NCBI GenBank assembly: GCA_951406725.2
Contig: OX597814.1
Location: 134,974,001 to 135,038,000 of the forward strand
Direction: 5' to 3'
DNA length: 64,000 nucleotides
Source: Octopus vulgaris
Lineage: Eukaryota
The position numbers and the translations under genes were made by a program. The notes under the pieces were generated by a model. That model ran no database searches. It saw nothing but the letters and a program-made list of their open reading frames with translations, and was not told the origin of the DNA. Shown here piece by piece: positions 63,546-64,000 of this stretch; position 1 is the first letter of the stretch, and each line of letters starts with the position of its first letter.

Positions 63546-64000
63546 TTCATAAATGCTATTTTAACAGTAAATCTTGACAATGGATTGGTTAAATCAGGTT
63601 CACAGTTGCTAGCAACACTCTTGATAGTTGTCATACACAACAAATATAACCATGAATAAGTATACAGAGAACTTGCTCAGTGAGTCTATTGTTATTTATA
63701 TATAAATCCAAATCAAATACTTACTCAGTAAGCACTGAGTGGATGATATAAGGGTAAATCGGCATAAATTTGTATTAATAATATATAAGCTGTAATTGTT
63801 ATGTATTCAAATAACTGTAACGATAAAAATTTCATAAAAAGTCCTTGCCCTATATCCCAGTATGAGTGTTAGAACTTCTGTTTCACCATTGCATATATTT
63901 TCAACATTTTATCCAATAGTCTCTGTATTTTCATAATTATTGCATAGCCCCAGACTAACCAATAACCAAACATTCCAGCTGAGACTATCTTATCTTTTTG

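Noticed and set aside
30700-64000. A second host gene in the right half
   Set aside because: No chain of splice-bounded, in-phase exons or recognisable non-TE peptide seen. Small exons could have been missed without RNA-seq.

Overview
AT-rich, repeat-dense eukaryotic genomic DNA. The repeat families, (TA/CA)n expanses and (GAT)n-tailed LINE ends suggest a cephalopod, probably Octopus; this is inference. The only host gene I can support is the 5' part of a TMEM131-family gene on the minus strand. I assembled six coding exons by hand (21690-21870, 20390-20454, 10877-10908, 10723-10791, 9935-10058, 9007-9120), all GT-AG and phase-consistent; the gene continues off the left edge. Nearly everything else is transposon-derived: a complete but defective Ty3/Gypsy LTR element (25313-30124, 4-bp TSD); RTE-type LINEs, including a 5'-truncated BovB-like copy with an unbroken ~2.1-kb frame and a 15-bp TSD; a decayed mariner; an RLE-type non-LTR remnant; Penelope-like fragments, one with a recognisable hammerhead ribozyme; a cluster of non-autonomous Helitron-like elements; hAT and piggyBac MITEs; and tRNA-derived SINEs. 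The very long 'YIYMC' ORFs are microsatellite artefacts. I found no clearly new multi-gene system. The best leads are RNA-level or regulatory: hammerhead motifs, inverted LINE tails bracketing in-frame exons, an NRF1/ETS dyad in the LTR upstream of TMEM131, and a PHD-like finger inside a LINE reverse transcriptase.
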